Assembly (NCBI GenBank): GCA_963924565.1
Contig: OZ004615.1
Coordinates: 20,894,001 to 20,958,000 of the forward strand
Direction of reading: 5' to 3'
Length of the DNA stretch: 64,000 nucleotides
Source of the DNA: Ascidiella aspersa
Lineage: Eukaryota
Below the pieces are notes generated by a model that was given only the letters and a program-made list of their open reading frames with translations, was not told where the DNA came from and did not search any database. This document shows positions 1 through 13,250 of the stretch, piece after piece. Each line of letters begins with the position of its first letter. Position 1 is the stretch's first letter. The translations under genes and the position numbers were made by a program.

Positions 1-95
1 TTTATATCGAGTAAACTGTTTTAAACCATGTTAAAAATTATAAGATATATTAAAGAGCACGATTTGGCTATGTTTTTACAAGGTTTAGCCTAAGA

Positions 96-777
96 CAGTG
101 GTCGGCAACCGCTGGTCCGCGGAGCGGTGCCGGTCCGCAGGAGTTTGTTGCCGGTCCAAAAAAAGGGGGTGCATTTTAATCCGTTTTAGCAAGTTTTAGC
201 CTCTATAATTTTAGTTTTAGTCACAAAAATGACAGAAAAAAAATGACAGAAAAAAAAGCTTAAATGTTTTTTCTGACATTAACCACGTTGAAAAACGCCA
301 TATTTTTTAAATTTGTTGTTAAAAAGCCAATCTGTCATCATTGTACATATGTCTATTCTATACGTTTCAGGTGTCGGTCTGTGGTTCGTAGCCTTTTACC
401 ATTGTTTCATTACTTTATAAGATTTTGTATTACGTAACTATAGAAAGTGTCGTGTAGGGCCTGGTCAAAAATGGATCTGAAATGCATTATTATACATAAC
501 ACAAAGTGTGACTTTTTTTAAAAGAATGCTTTAAATATCCTTATTTTGAAAAGCTATAGTAATTGCTTTGCGGGTGGGATGCCGCTACGAGTTTCATTAG
601 GTTCAATATTTCCTAGATGGGACCATCTCGTTGAGGCAAAACAAGCTTAAAGTTCGCTTTGAAAAAAGTTGTTATAAATTTCCTTTACTGAACATTTGTT
701 GTTTTCTTTACGGCCGATCCGCGACAAAATTTCAGATTTAAACCGGTCCGCAGTGCCAAAAAGGTTGCCGACCCCTG
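96..777. mobile_element. hAT-type non-autonomous element (MITE)
   Basis: TIRs CAGTGGTCGGCAACC ... GGTTGCCGACCCCTG; subterminal GGTCCGC repeats; 8-bp TSD gcctaaga/gcctgaga (7/8). Confidence 0.88.
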
Positions 778-3125
778 GCCTGAGAGACAGGAGCAAATCT
801 AGGATTTTTGTCTGAGTGGGTCAAGGGGATTGAACTTTTTCGAGATAATGTAACTTCGTAAACAAGTAATACAAAACCTGATGTTCTCGTTGGAACTCGT
901 GCTTTTAAGAGTTAATTGCCTTTAATAAAAATTGCGATGGTTGAAAATTGCACAGCTTTTAATAGAAGACGTGGCGCATTGTGCACCAAACAAAAAATCT
1001 TATATATCCGACGTATATCTAAATATTTTTTACAAATCACAACGATTTGTGGCCTACTGCAGCGCCTGGCCGCAAAGCAACTACCAAACTAACAAATTAA
1101 AAAAAAGCAAATTACAGAGCGTTTATCCTGTTTAGGTTTTAAGTTTGATAAATGCTCTCGCGATATATCACATAAAATTGCTGTGTTAAAAATTAAAATA
1201 TTAAGGGTCAGCAAACCCAATATGCTTGTTCCTACGTCTGTGCCTTACTATTTTTTGAGAGCGAACGTTTTTTATTTTTTAAATACCACGCCTAGAAAAT
1301 TTAGCACGTAGTCGCCGAATTAAAAATAACAAGAAAATGTTTTATAGAAAATAAGTCACAGGTTAGGATAAGATTTTTTGACGCTGGCGTTATCTTGAAT
1401 TTACAACGTTCAAAGGAATTTTTTTTTCAAAATTGGCAAATGGGTTAAGCGCAAGAAGCCGCAGTTATTTACCTAATATTTTTCAGTAAATTTAAGTAGA
1501 ATGTCAATCCAAGCATATAGCATATAAGTTGGGAAATACGTATAAGCATATAAGGGGATACATATAAATAGGTATATGAGTATGGGCAGAGAGAAGAAGC
1601 TGCTGACGGGTTAAAACAAAGACAGGTCGGATTTACCATGCTTCTTGGGCATTTGTGTTGGACAAAACTGTTGTTTCTTTTTTAACTAGATTTCAATCCA
1701 AATATGTTCTCGATAGTAAGACATTTTTGGATAAATTGTACAGGTTTGTAAACTGCTACAACCCAATTAAAGATACTGACTTTGATTTTGCAGGGCCAGA
1801 AACAAGATGATTTTTAATGACTCTACTTAAAGCGCAATAAAAATCTATTATCAAGAAAATTAGTTTTCGCCACGGAGGTATAGGCCCCGATTGAAACCAG
1901 CGCATGACAAAAGGTAAACGTTTTACCATTTTTGTTTGTGGTGTTGATTGAGGGTAATAGTTTTATGTTGTTGAGGCTTGTAAATATTGGTAGTATTTGT
2001 CTTTAGTTAAAGTTCCCCAAAATACAAGTTTCCTAGAAAAAAAGGCAAGATCCTTCTTAAACATAGTAAGGTTTCGCAAGGGCTCAACAGACAATTTTTT
2101 TTAAGTTAGTTTCAAAATTGAGCATACAGGCAAGAATAAGAATGTTACTTTTGGTGGCATATAGGTAATATACATTTTAACGCCGTCAGTTCGTAATTTA
2201 TTTTGTCCATTGGTGGCGCACTTGTCGAAAAATGTAAAAACGCTGATCGCGGTTCTAAATTTTTATACAACTACAGTATATATTACATTAGAAAAACAAA
2301 ATAAATTGATTTAGAAACTACGATGTCAATTTTAAACAATGCAAAGTCAATTTCAATAGCTTTACATAAAAATTAACAGGTTTTAATGAATTTACAGTAT
2401 TGGTTAATATACATAATTCCTGATAAGTGGTGGCACATCCCCTAGAAATCAATCATATCAATGGCTAATAAGGAGAGAATTAACCTCACGATGTTGAAAT
2501 GAAACCATTTAGTCTTTATCCCACTCGTTTAAAATCCTTGTCCACCATCTTGTGCTGAAAAAAAAAATCTTTTTAAAAGCAATAAATATTAATATTGTAT
2601 CAACTGTCTGATTCATCATGCAGCTCAATAAAGCTTGTTGAGTGACATTGCATTTTTTCAGTCGCTTTCAAGATCAGATAATCTTCTTGACCCAAACCTC
2701 ACAGTGATGGCCGCGTTTTCGCTTAGTAATGAGGTGTGCTGTGGTAAAGAGTTCGAAAACGACGTCGATCGTCGCAAAAATCCAGACTTCTGTCAAGTGT
2801 TGAGGTCTAGCTTCGTTTGGACTTACGGGCGGTGGGAATACGAATCGAGAGTACTGAAAAGAAAGCGTGGGTGTTTACCGCTTTGCTGTAACGCTTACGC
2901 CACTTGGCCAACGCACTTGCTTTTTGAAGTCGTCCGAAGTGCGAAGTGCTAATTTCCACGCCAGAGGCTGTGATGTCCAATACTCTTCCGAAACGTAACA
3001 TAGCCGACAATTACTGTCCAAAGGTGGCAAGAGACGTGCCTCTTTTTCTGATTTTTTCATGACATCCAGTCGCCGCCCGCAATGCACGAACGTTTGAAGA
3101 CCTGTTGAACAGGTGCTGTCATGTC

Positions 3126-3590
3126 GAGTGTTTCAATGACTTAAGTTAATGACTAAACTTGGCCTAAGTCACTGTTTTTAAATGACTAGACACAGGTTTT
3201 CAGACTAAATGGCCTGACTTGAGCTAAGACGTTTAAAGAATAATTTACTCGACTTGCACTTGGGTCTTTTGCGCAAATGACTTTAATCGAAATAAAAGGC
3301 TTTTGAATTAAATACATTTAGAAAAAAATTGGTTTTACGCCAAATATTAAATATGGTAAATGTTAACTTGCTAATTGTTTCAACTTTTGGTGTTCCCATG
3401 CGAAATTTTTGTCGGAAATATACGCGACCAGAGATTTTTTCAATTCGTGAATCGCATTTCACTTGTTTGGGCAATGACTTAGACTGGAACTTGTCTGGGT
3501 ATTTATTTTGTTTTTAATTCAAGTTTTGACTTAACGTATTTGCAAATACCTCGACTTAGACTTTAGCCATTTAATATTGGCAGGTAACAC
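3126..3590 (-). mobile_element. AAGTC-rich hAT-like MITE, degenerate copy
   Basis: Starts gagtgtttcaatgacttaag (family terminus); many GACTT units. The right boundary is approximate. Confidence 0.6.
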
Positions 3591-4500
3591 ATCAGCTATT
3601 CAGTAACGCGATTCTTACCCTTTTTTGCCGCCTGTTTTAACTTAGTCAAGAATTAGCAAATAATTGTTTTTCTCTCTTAGTTCTGCGTTTAAATGTGTTG
3701 GTGTGAATCTGTCGTAGCCAACCCGCCATAAGAAAGGATAATAATTAATTGTCTTAAACTGTAAAACTAAAATGATCCCATTTACAAAACTGACCACTGT
3801 AATTCAAAGATAAATTGCAGATATATTGTTTTTAATTTATTAATTGCTACCGGCTGTAATCAGGAATGGCTTAAAAAAATGCAAATATACCTGATTATTA
3901 GTCTGAAATCCTTACATATTTCTTTTATAATTTTTAGTGCTCTTTTCTCGCTCATTTAACATTTTGTCTTACCGCACTCTGATAAAGTGGGAATTAATTT
4001 CTAAGCAAATTGAATGGCCTGGTTTGCGGCGTCAACTTTCATCTCGTAGTGCAAATTAATCAAGAAAAACAACCGCCGGCTGTCATGAATATCCGCACAA
4101 ATGGCAATGGCGGTTTGTAAGCTGCGCACACCGGATTTTCGTTTACGTATCCATTCGTGTATAAGCTCGGTAATGACCGTGCAAAAGAATCGAAAAGCGA
4201 AAATTAGCATGTATGCAATGCGCAGCGGGTCTGTCGCGCTGACAGCTCTCGACATAATTACCCACAAGCCAAAAAAATCGTGCTCGTTTGAGTGCCGCCG
4301 AATTCTAACCGGTTTGCATAAATTTATGTTTTTCAGAATAGTCCGCAAAAAGCTGTGTAACCTGACTTTATAAGTTGTAGGTTTAACGTTCCAGTATGTC
4401 AATACGCAGCCTATGTGGTTCGTTCTAAACTTTACTTGTTTTGTTGTAAGCCAAATAAAACAAAATGCTCCAACGTTTGTGACCATGGCCATATACGGTT

Positions 4501-4588
4501 AAATAGTATATTTGACCTATTCTAATAGAACATTTGACCTATTCAAATAGTACATTTGACCCATAGACCATAGACGGTCAAATGTACA
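4501..4588. repeat. 22-bp tandem repeat (~3 copies) plus 12-bp inverted repeat
   Basis: Unit aaatagtacatttgacctattc x~2.8; gtacatttgacc...ggtcaaatgtac inverted pair. Confidence 0.75.
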
Positions 4589-5227
4589 TGTTTTTCGCTT
4601 TAGGCTCCGATATAACATGAGCACGACAGTAAAGTGACATTTCACGGATATTTCATTCGCCGATAATAATTAGTCGCGCTTCTTTACCGCACGGTGTCCC
4701 CCGAGGGCCGCTCGGAACGTTTGACATTCTGAGGCTTTTAGTCCGACAGTATTCGTCAGCTGTCGATCCAGGCTTACCACACACTCACGTATGCATTTTA
4801 CCTAATGGCGCCCGTGTCACGAAAATCGTGTTGTGGCCTTCACCGAAGCAGCACCTGGACTTGAACACAAAACATCAAGCAGGCGCGCTTTCCCAGAGTC
4901 CTGTGCCGCAATTAGAATTCCGAAACGGGCCCTAAAACCTGTAGCAAAAATGGCTTGTAATCGAGGGCGATGTTTAATCAACGGCCCGAGGTCCGAGTCC
5001 GGTCGCCGCGCAGCTCACGTATTAAGAGATTATCCGTGGCGATAGTGTCACGATACTGTTCGGTGCCGGGAACTTTCTCAAGACCTGTCATTAGCGGAGA
5101 ATGTCGCCGCAGAATGGGATCAGCTTTAAACCGAGAGTTTCGCGAGCGCGACACCACGCTGGAGTGAAAATATTTCCGAGAAAATCGGGGAAAGCCGGGA
5201 TTTTCGGCAACTTTTTTTAATGTTTAC

Positions 5228-5558
5228 CGGCGTTGTAAACAAGTCACTTTTAAATGACTAAAGTCCCAGTCAAATCTTGTCAATAAATAACAAGTCAAGT
5301 TCAAAGTCTTCCGTTGCCCAAGTCAAGTCCAAGTCAAGTCACGGTGATCGTTTTAGGTGCAAAAATTGACATAAATAAGTCAATTGTGTAAAAGAATTCT
5401 AATTGAAAACGCTTAATTTCAAACTAACTCATTTGACCCAATGACTTAGGGCCAAGTCAAGTCATTTTACCAAAACAATTCAAGTCAATTCAAGTCATTT
5501 GAAAACAGTGACTTTAGTGTACTTAAGTCAAGTCATTGACTTAGGCATTATAACACTG
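5228..5558 (+). mobile_element. AAGTC-rich hAT-like MITE, complete copy
   Basis: Ends cggcgttgtaaac ... ttataacactg (family TIR CAGTGTTGTAA); 8-bp TSD atgtttac/atgcttac (7/8); dense CAAGT/AAGTC subterminal repeats. Confidence 0.88.
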
Positions 5559-6476
5559 ATGCTTACCATCAGTGGCAAACTGAATATTGGAAAATAAGAA
5601 GATATCTGCTCGCCCAATGACTTCAAATAAAAGCAAATATTCATTATTTTCTGTCTTGATCAAAGCCAGGCTTTTATAAGAGAAATATATTTCGCCATAA
5701 AAAAAGACATCATCAATCTCCTAATTCCAATGCCTTTCACCATCAACACCTATTTTTCGTAACTAAACTTATTTTTTTTACACAAAATCCCAGGGCCTGG
5801 CGTTTAGTGGACGACAACAACACAAAGTTTGCATATATGGTTTTCTTCATATTTTCCGTTTACCTTGATCGGTTCCCAAGGTTACTGTGTGAAACATATA
5901 CTTCTTTGTATTTTTGACCCCGCGTTGTTTTCAGCCAAAGTATGGCAAATGCACATAAACAAAGCGGAAAACTGGTAATTGGTTGTTTTTAACCTAAAAA
6001 CGTGGCCCAGATGGGAAAAGTGTTGGAAGACGGCTTTAAAAAGGTCTGGAAAAAAATGGAAGTTTGTCGCTTTTCGCGTTCAGACAAACCATCCTAGATT
6101 CCTACCCAAGCCATCGTTACGGGGTTCAGGAAACGGCTAAGTTCGAGGAATGCGCTCCCTGTCCATTTCGCTTTGAAGGCTGCGCGGCCCGGCATTCGCG
6201 CATAACAGGGATGTTGTCAAGACGGCCGCCTAATTTATCGCCAAGTGCCCGACGTCTAATTAGCGCGGGCGCGTAATTCGCTGGGTAGCGATGGCGTACG
6301 TTCTTCGCCTCGCCATTTTCCTATCGCGGAATTTTCGCGACAAACTTTTCATCTGCTTGAAAACGACTCATGGGAATCTGGGACCGTCACGAATTTGCCG
6401 ACATTGCTGCGACACTTTGTTCAATCTAGCATAAATGCCCTGTCATTTTGTGGCGATTGTCGTCAATTAGAGGCAC

Positions 6477-6931
6477 CAGTCTTGTGAACAAGTCATTTCG
6501 AAAATACTTAAGTCTCAGTCAAGTAATTTAAAAATAACCCTAGTCCAAGTTAAGTCATTTGCAAAAATAACAAGTTAAGTCCCAGCCCAAGTCATTATTA
6601 GAGCAAATTAACTTCAAGTCAAGTCATTGACATAAAAATGAAAAAAAATACTAAATTTGTCCGATTATGAGCAATAACTCAACTAAAATAAACAAAAACG
6701 CTATAGCCTATACAGCAAAAAAATTGTTTTACGTACAAAAGTTGAGATAAATAACCCAATTTTATTTAAAAATATTTAATGAAAGCACTGAATTTTAACT
6801 CAAGGTATTTGACAAAATGACTTAAGTCCAAGTCAAGTCATTCGTTCAAAAGACTTGAATCAAAACAAGTATTTTTGTTCAAAGGACCTAAGTCAAGTCA
6901 TTTGAACACAGTGACTTAAGTCAGGTCATTG
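6477..6931 (+). mobile_element. AAGTC-rich MITE, 3'-truncated copy
   Basis: Begins cagtcttgtgaacaagtcattt; colinear with the copies at 5228, 10250 and 31125. Confidence 0.8.
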
Positions 6932-9251
6932 TCATGGGAAAAGCGGATTTTCATTGCGCTTCAAGTAGAGTCATTCAAAAGCGTCTTATTTTTGGCCCAA
7001 GTAAAAATCAAGTCCGCATCTGTAATTGGGTTATAGCAGTTATCGACGCTGCACAATTCATTCAAAAATGTCTTACTATCGAGAACATATTTGGCTTGAA
7101 ATCTTGTTGGTAAAGAGACAACACTTTTATCCAACCCACATGTCTAAGAAGCGTGGCGTAAATCCGACCTGTCAGCTTCCTCTCTCTTCACTTACTCAGA
7201 GACCTATACGTATCCCTTTTTTTCCATCTTCAAGTTTGGATTGACACCCGTTTTAATTTCGGCTCCGTTTTCGAGGCGACCGCTTTTGCTTCGACACCAA
7301 GACAGCGTAAAGTTTAGTAAGCCGCCGTAAATGAACGGGCGTTCGCTTTTGAAGTTTCCCCCGTGGCCCGCAAAGTGCGGTAACGCGATACGCCGGGGTT
7401 CGACCTTGAGCCTGTTTCAAATCGCGTCCTGAGAACCGCGTTTAGCTCGACGAAACCTTTACTCTTGCCGTCCAACTTCGCGTAAATCTGTAGCTACAGT
7501 ACAACAATGATGTCATAAAGCAAAGCGGCACGTGAATCTTAAATGCTCCACCGATGCTATAATAAACTTAACACTAGGGTTGATTTTTGTTAGGTTTGAT
7601 GTGTGTTTTCTTTCATTAGCGAGGTATATATTTTTTGTTTCAACAGCAAGTTTGACAATATTTTGACACTCGGGGTGTATAGCATTAATCTGCACAATGT
7701 TTGTCATTATATGAAACAAAGACACACTCCCACAAGTAGAAGTTGTTCTTTCATCTAAACTAAAACTAAAATCATACGCGCTGAGCATATGCAAATTAAA
7801 ATTATGTAGTTAACAGTAGAAGGCATTTTTATCCACGAGGAAAGTTATATCCATATCCTGCTTTTATTGCACCAAAGAAATAAAGGCCAGCGGAGACCGC
7901 AATAGCTCTTGCTCGGTGCCTTGTTAGCCAACGGGAGGTAAAAAAGAAGAGTCGCGTTTCTTCGTCGGCCTATCGCTTTTCCACAAAGGTCACGTGAGGT
8001 CGCTACCTTTAAACCTTCGCTGGAAACGGCGAATCGCAGTTTAACGAAAGATGGGCGCTGGCATTTCCCAGCGGGAAGGCCGCAATTGCGCATTGCCTCG
8101 ATCGTTGGGGAATAGGGCGTCATGGACAGGGCGGTAAGCCCGGTATTGGCGGGCGGTTTAATACAATTACCTTCCAGATTAATGGATGCCGCGTAGTTTT
8201 CCTAAAGTAGTGTTGAACATGTTGTCTTTGATCCCTGCAATCTCGCCGCTCGGGCGCGTTTGATCGTCGCAATCTGTGCGCTTTTAGCGGTTCCGCGGGG
8301 ACTTGGCTGCAGAGTACAGCGGCAACGTTCCGTGCGTCATTCAGGCTTCTTTCAAGTGCATAGCAGCTTTACGCCAGCGCTGCTTCTTAGTTGCGACCCG
8401 CGTCAATCAAATCGCCTCCACTTTCGAAGGGAATGTGCTGCGATGCCGCCAGTAATGCCCTGACAACCGTCTTGCAACACGCCGCGATAATTGCCCTGCT
8501 GCTGTCAATTATCCAATTCGCTTTTAATGAAAAGTGAATGTTTGCGGCGAAACTCGACGAACGATTGACGCAGTACTTTAAATTTAATTTTCCATTTCGT
8601 TTGAACTATATTGTAATTGCTAAATGTACCACGCTATTTCGTTCCTGAAAGTTCAGTTGACCTTCATCAATTTGACGCAACATTCCAACTAAGTATAATT
8701 CCCAATAACGGGAATTTTCTTCAGATAACCGACAGTGCAAGGGGATGACTCGAATAACTTCAATGATAATAATTTTATCGGTGCTATCTCCGCAACATGC
8801 TTCGGAACATTTCTCTCCTGCAATTGGCATGCGTTTTCAAGTGGTTAGCTCTGCAGAGGCAACTTTCTCGGAACATCAATGTGGCGTTGTGGGCCAAGCC
8901 TGTAGCACATATTCCACAGAATTGAATGTTAAGACATTGTTGTATGAATTGTTCGTAAAAATAACAGATATACATGCAACATTTAAACGAAGGTGATTAA
9001 CGGGTTGTTCCACATCTATCATAAGGAAATGTGCAGATATGACATATTCAACTAAAAAAAGTTGAAAATTCTTAATAAAAAATTATAAATTCTAAACTTG
9101 TCTATATTCGCCAATACCTATGATCGGCATGACCCGGTATATATCCATGTAAGCTTCGCATTGACTGAATGAATTGGGGCCTTTCTTGCTAAGGTTTTCG
9201 ACTAAAACAAATTGAAGTTGATCTGATGAACAAAAGCAATAAAAAAACACA

Positions 9252-9474
9252 CAGAGTGGGCCAAACGTAGGCTTACAGTTATAAAAAGTAGGGTTAGGGT
9301 CTAAAAGTAATTTTATTGTTTTAGGGTTCTTCTCATATACCTGGTTCTTCTCATATACCTGGTCCTCCCCCCAAAAAAAAATCCATAGGTGGAAGGTCAG
9401 GTGAGCGTGGTGGCCATTCAATGCTATCTCTTCCTCGAAGCCAACGCTGTGGAATAAACTTTTGGCCCACCCTG
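9252..9474 (-). mobile_element. Tc1/mariner internal-deletion derivative with transposase fragment
   Basis: TIRs cagagtgggccaaacgt / (rc) cagggtgggccaaaagt, with TA at the right flank. The minus strand encodes QRWLRGRDSIEWPPRSPDLPPMDFFLG then QVYEKNPKTIK, a typical Tc1/mariner C-terminal catalytic region. Contains an 18-bp internal tandem duplication. Confidence 0.88.
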
Positions 9475-10249
9475 TATGTTGCAAAAACTGTTTTTGCCGG
9501 ACATATGTCGGAAGGTTAAACCCAAAAGATTTTTGTCATTATCTCGTGTTGGTTGTGAAGATATTTATTAAGCAATAAGGTGTTTAATGAAAAAACTCAG
9601 CGGGTAGTGTGTAAAGCGGTTGTGTGATCGATCCAAGGAGTAAGCAAAACGACAAACTTCCGCTAACACATAGAAGAGCCAATCGACTATCCCGTCGACA
9701 CACGCCTCAAATGGAATACGCCCAATCATGTAATCCCCGAAAGCTCACGTCAGCAGTACTGTATCGACTCCCCACTCTGTATATCAGCACTAACATGTAA
9801 ACGCCCTAATGGTGCGAAGCTCTTACTGTGGAATGATATGGACGCTCCTTATCTGCGGCTGTTAGTGATTTCGCTTGGGCGAGCCAAAGCCGCGGCGAGT
9901 CAATCAATCCAGCGCCAAGTGTGCTTTGCTTTGGCGAAAAGTCTTCTTTAAGCTTGGTGTGAACAAGGCAAAGCTCTGTGATGACTTTCGGCAATAGCCT
10001 TGGAGTGTTTTCCCAAAGATCAACCTTGTTCTTATTTTCAGGTTATAAATTGAAACGCACTTATTTTGGCTGAAATTGTTTTTTTTTTATCCTTAAGCTT
10101 CACGAGCAAGATATATTTACAAAAAAGACAATTCATTCACTTGTTCGGCGCCATAGTTCTTTAACAGGGAAAATTGTAATACGCAATTTTGATGTATCGG
10201 TTCAAATGTCATGATATGTTGCAAAGTAACAACAAAAGTATGAAAAGAG

Positions 10250-10562
10250 CAGTACTGTAAACAAGTCATTTTGAAATAACTGTCCCAGTCAAGGCATTTG
10301 AAAAATAATTGAAGTCCAAGTCCTGAGTTTAAAATTTCAAAAACGCTATATACATCATGAATATTGTTTTACGTACAACAATTAAGTCAAATAACCCAAT
10401 TTTGTTTAAAAATATTTAATAAAAAAAAAATAACCCAAGGTATTTGACAAAATTTCTTAGGTCCACGTCATTTTTTGGTCGAAAGGATTGGATCCAAGTC
10501 AAGTCCTTGAAAACAGTGACTTAAGTAAGTCAAGTCATTGACTTAAGTCTTAAACAACATTG
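10250..10562 (+). mobile_element. AAGTC-rich MITE copy
   Basis: cagtactgtaaacaagtcattt ... gacttaagtcttaaacaacattg; both termini recognisable. Confidence 0.82.
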
Positions 10563-10880
10563 GAAATGGCCGACCTGAAAATTTGTTTGGACCGCCAAAG
10601 TTGTTTTGGATCGCCATTTTAACCTCTAAAAGGCGCCAAGGCGCTTCTTGCTGTGGTTTAGGAAATTGTGCGTGGAATCGTTAAATACACATCACGCGTA
10701 ACTTAAACCAGCAACTGTCAAACACTACTGCTCATCGCATGTCTCACATTTCGGCACTGAAACTGAACCGCAACCTTTTGCCAAAGTTCAATTACAGAGT
10801 TGTTAACGTTAGTATTGGTTTTCGTGCCACGGGACGACCGGGACGTGTTTCGATTCAACCATATTATATCGTCAGTTTAC

Positions 10881-11265
10881 CATTGTTTTGACTACTCAAG
10901 TCAATGACCTAAACTTGGTAATACGTCACTTTTTATATTAGGCCTACTTCACTAAACCTTAGTATTTTGGACAAAATGAATTGACTTAAACCTACGTCAT
11001 TTAGGCGAATGACTTGACCGATTTTGTTAACTCAGACCCAACATACAGGTCAAATAACTCTTTTGCGACCCCCTTCAAGGTAAGAATGGTCAAATGACCA
11101 TCCGAACATATTTTTGTAGTCAAACATATTCCTTCGAAGTAAATGACTTGACTTGCTGTGACATTTGCATGGACTGGGACTTTTGATATTGTTGTATGAA
11201 TCCTAACTTAGACTTGATTTCTTTTTCACATCACCATACTTTTTTACCTCTTGTTTACAACACTG
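10881..11265 (-). mobile_element. AAGTC-rich MITE, degenerate copy
   Basis: GACTT units; ends ttgtttacaacactg (family TIR). Confidence 0.65.
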
Positions 11266-11904
11266 CGGCCTACAACCGGTAAGTTTGCAAACCGATGATC
11301 GGGCCCCTGTGCGTGCCGAAAAAACAGCAAACCTGGTCTCAAGTGCCCGCGGCATTGGTGACGAAGCAGCCCGCTCTTGCAAATGACAGGTCTTCCCATT
11401 TCGCTCGATTAGTTCGCCCAAACCAATGCATTCCTAACGCGCTATATATATTCCCGGGCCTCGTCAACCAACCTCCATCTAATCCCGACCAACAGGCGGA
11501 CAGAAATAGCCGCGGCCGACAAAGAGCGAGGGATTTCGCACCGTGCCATCTGTGACGTCACAATGTCGAGGTGCGCGAAGCGGGCAATTGTGACGTCACG
11601 CGTGGGGCGGCCACCGCGGGGCCCCGCCAAACAAATTACCCGCCAGGCCATTATTTCGCCGCGCGCTTTCGAGCGAGACAGAGTTGTGTCAAAAATAGAT
11701 GTTTTTCTTCTTTGCAATTTGGTCGCCCCCATACCCCCACATCCCCCTAGCCTCGGCCCTCACCGTATCCTTTAATCGGCGCCTGACCCAGGATCAAAAC
11801 ATGAAAGACGCGACTGCGAAAATTATCCTGCACGGTCCACTTGGTTAAATCGCCAATAAATCGTCTTATAGAATCGTTAAGCCTATTTTTACCTGGTTTT
11901 GTAA

Positions 11905-12196
11905 CAGTTGTTTAATGACTTAAGTAACTGTTTTCAAATGGCTTGACTTGAGTTAAGTCTTTATGGTAGAATGACCTGACTTGACTTAAGTCATTGAGAC
12001 ATATGACTTGGGTTTAAATTAAGTGTTGTGTTTTAACATTCCGTTTTATTCTGATATTAGTGGTTGTACTTGGAAATGACTTGCTATATAATAATACTTG
12101 TTTTTTACTCAAAAAGGCATGAATTGGACTTAAGATATTTCACAAATGACTTGACTGGGACTTAAGTCATCCCAAAATGACTTGTTAACAACACTG
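11905..12196 (-). mobile_element. AAGTC-rich MITE copy
   Basis: cagttgtttaatgacttaag ... aatgacttgttaacaacactg. Confidence 0.82.
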
Positions 12197-12957
12197 GACC
12201 CTGGACTTATAGTGGACACATAGCACGGTTTGCAATTTAAACAGAGCTGCAATAAATGACCAGCGGTTTAATTGAACTTACTGGTGTAGTAATGACCGTT
12301 GGATATTGTTTGGGCCGCTTTACTTAAATCTTTTTTTTAATTTGATACAAAAGTTGAACTTGACATTTTGATATGAACAAATAGTTTTATATATTCACAT
12401 GTTTGAGTGTAATTCCCTAAAACTTGTTTCTCATAATAATCGACTGAATTGTTTTGTTCGTAAATAAAACTGGAGAGCACTTGAACAGAATGAAGGGAGT
12501 GCATAAATCAACCGTCGATATTCACAACTTCTAACCACGCCCAGCAAGCTCTCGTCGAAAAACACCAGATTAAAGCACAACACAATAAAACGAAAAAAGC
12601 AGCAGAGTAGCGCTAATGATGCAAACACAATCCACCCCAAGCCTCGGGCGCTTTGCCCAAACAAAAGTCTTCACACACAGAGAAGGGACCGCGTCACAGG
12701 ATCACGTGTGACCAGACGGCGTGAGCTCTACACGCCAATCAAAGGCGCCTGAATGGGTCTCAGCTGGGCCAACGAGCCTCGCGCTTCGCGTACAATGGGG
12801 CTTGGGAGTTAAGCGCTCGTTTCAAGCGGCCCAATCGGCGTCTGAGTGATGACCTCGGCGGTTCGCTGTCCACCGGCCCCTTGTTAAAAGAGAAATGACT
12901 GATGGATGGGCGATTTCAAACGGTGGGACGTTTTGCGACTCGTACAGTACGCTATAT

Positions 12958-13250
12958 CAGTGTTGTAAACAAGTCATTTTGAAATGACCGATGTCCAAGT
13001 CAAGGCATTGGAAAAAAATAACCACTTAAGTCCAAGTCAAGCTATTTTTAAAAACTTAAAGCCAAGTAAAGACACTTTGAATAAATAACAAGTCAAGTCA
13101 TTATTAGAGCAAGTCAATTTCAAGTCAAGTACGTGTCTATTAAGTAAAAACGTAAAACTAATAACATTGATAAACTAGTCCGATTATAAGCTGTAACTCA
13201 ACTAAAAAATAACACAAAAAGTAACATGTGACAAGCAAATTGTTTTATGA
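12958..13250 (+). mobile_element. AAGTC-rich MITE, 5' half
   Basis: Perfect family terminus cagtgttgtaaacaagtcatttt; similarity to the 6477 copy extends to about 13250. Confidence 0.8.

Noticed and set aside
5228-13250. Recurrent AAGTC units as a CRISPR-like or satellite array
   Set aside because: Spacing is irregular and the units are bounded by TIRs and an 8-bp TSD: these are MITE subterminal repeats in a eukaryotic genome.
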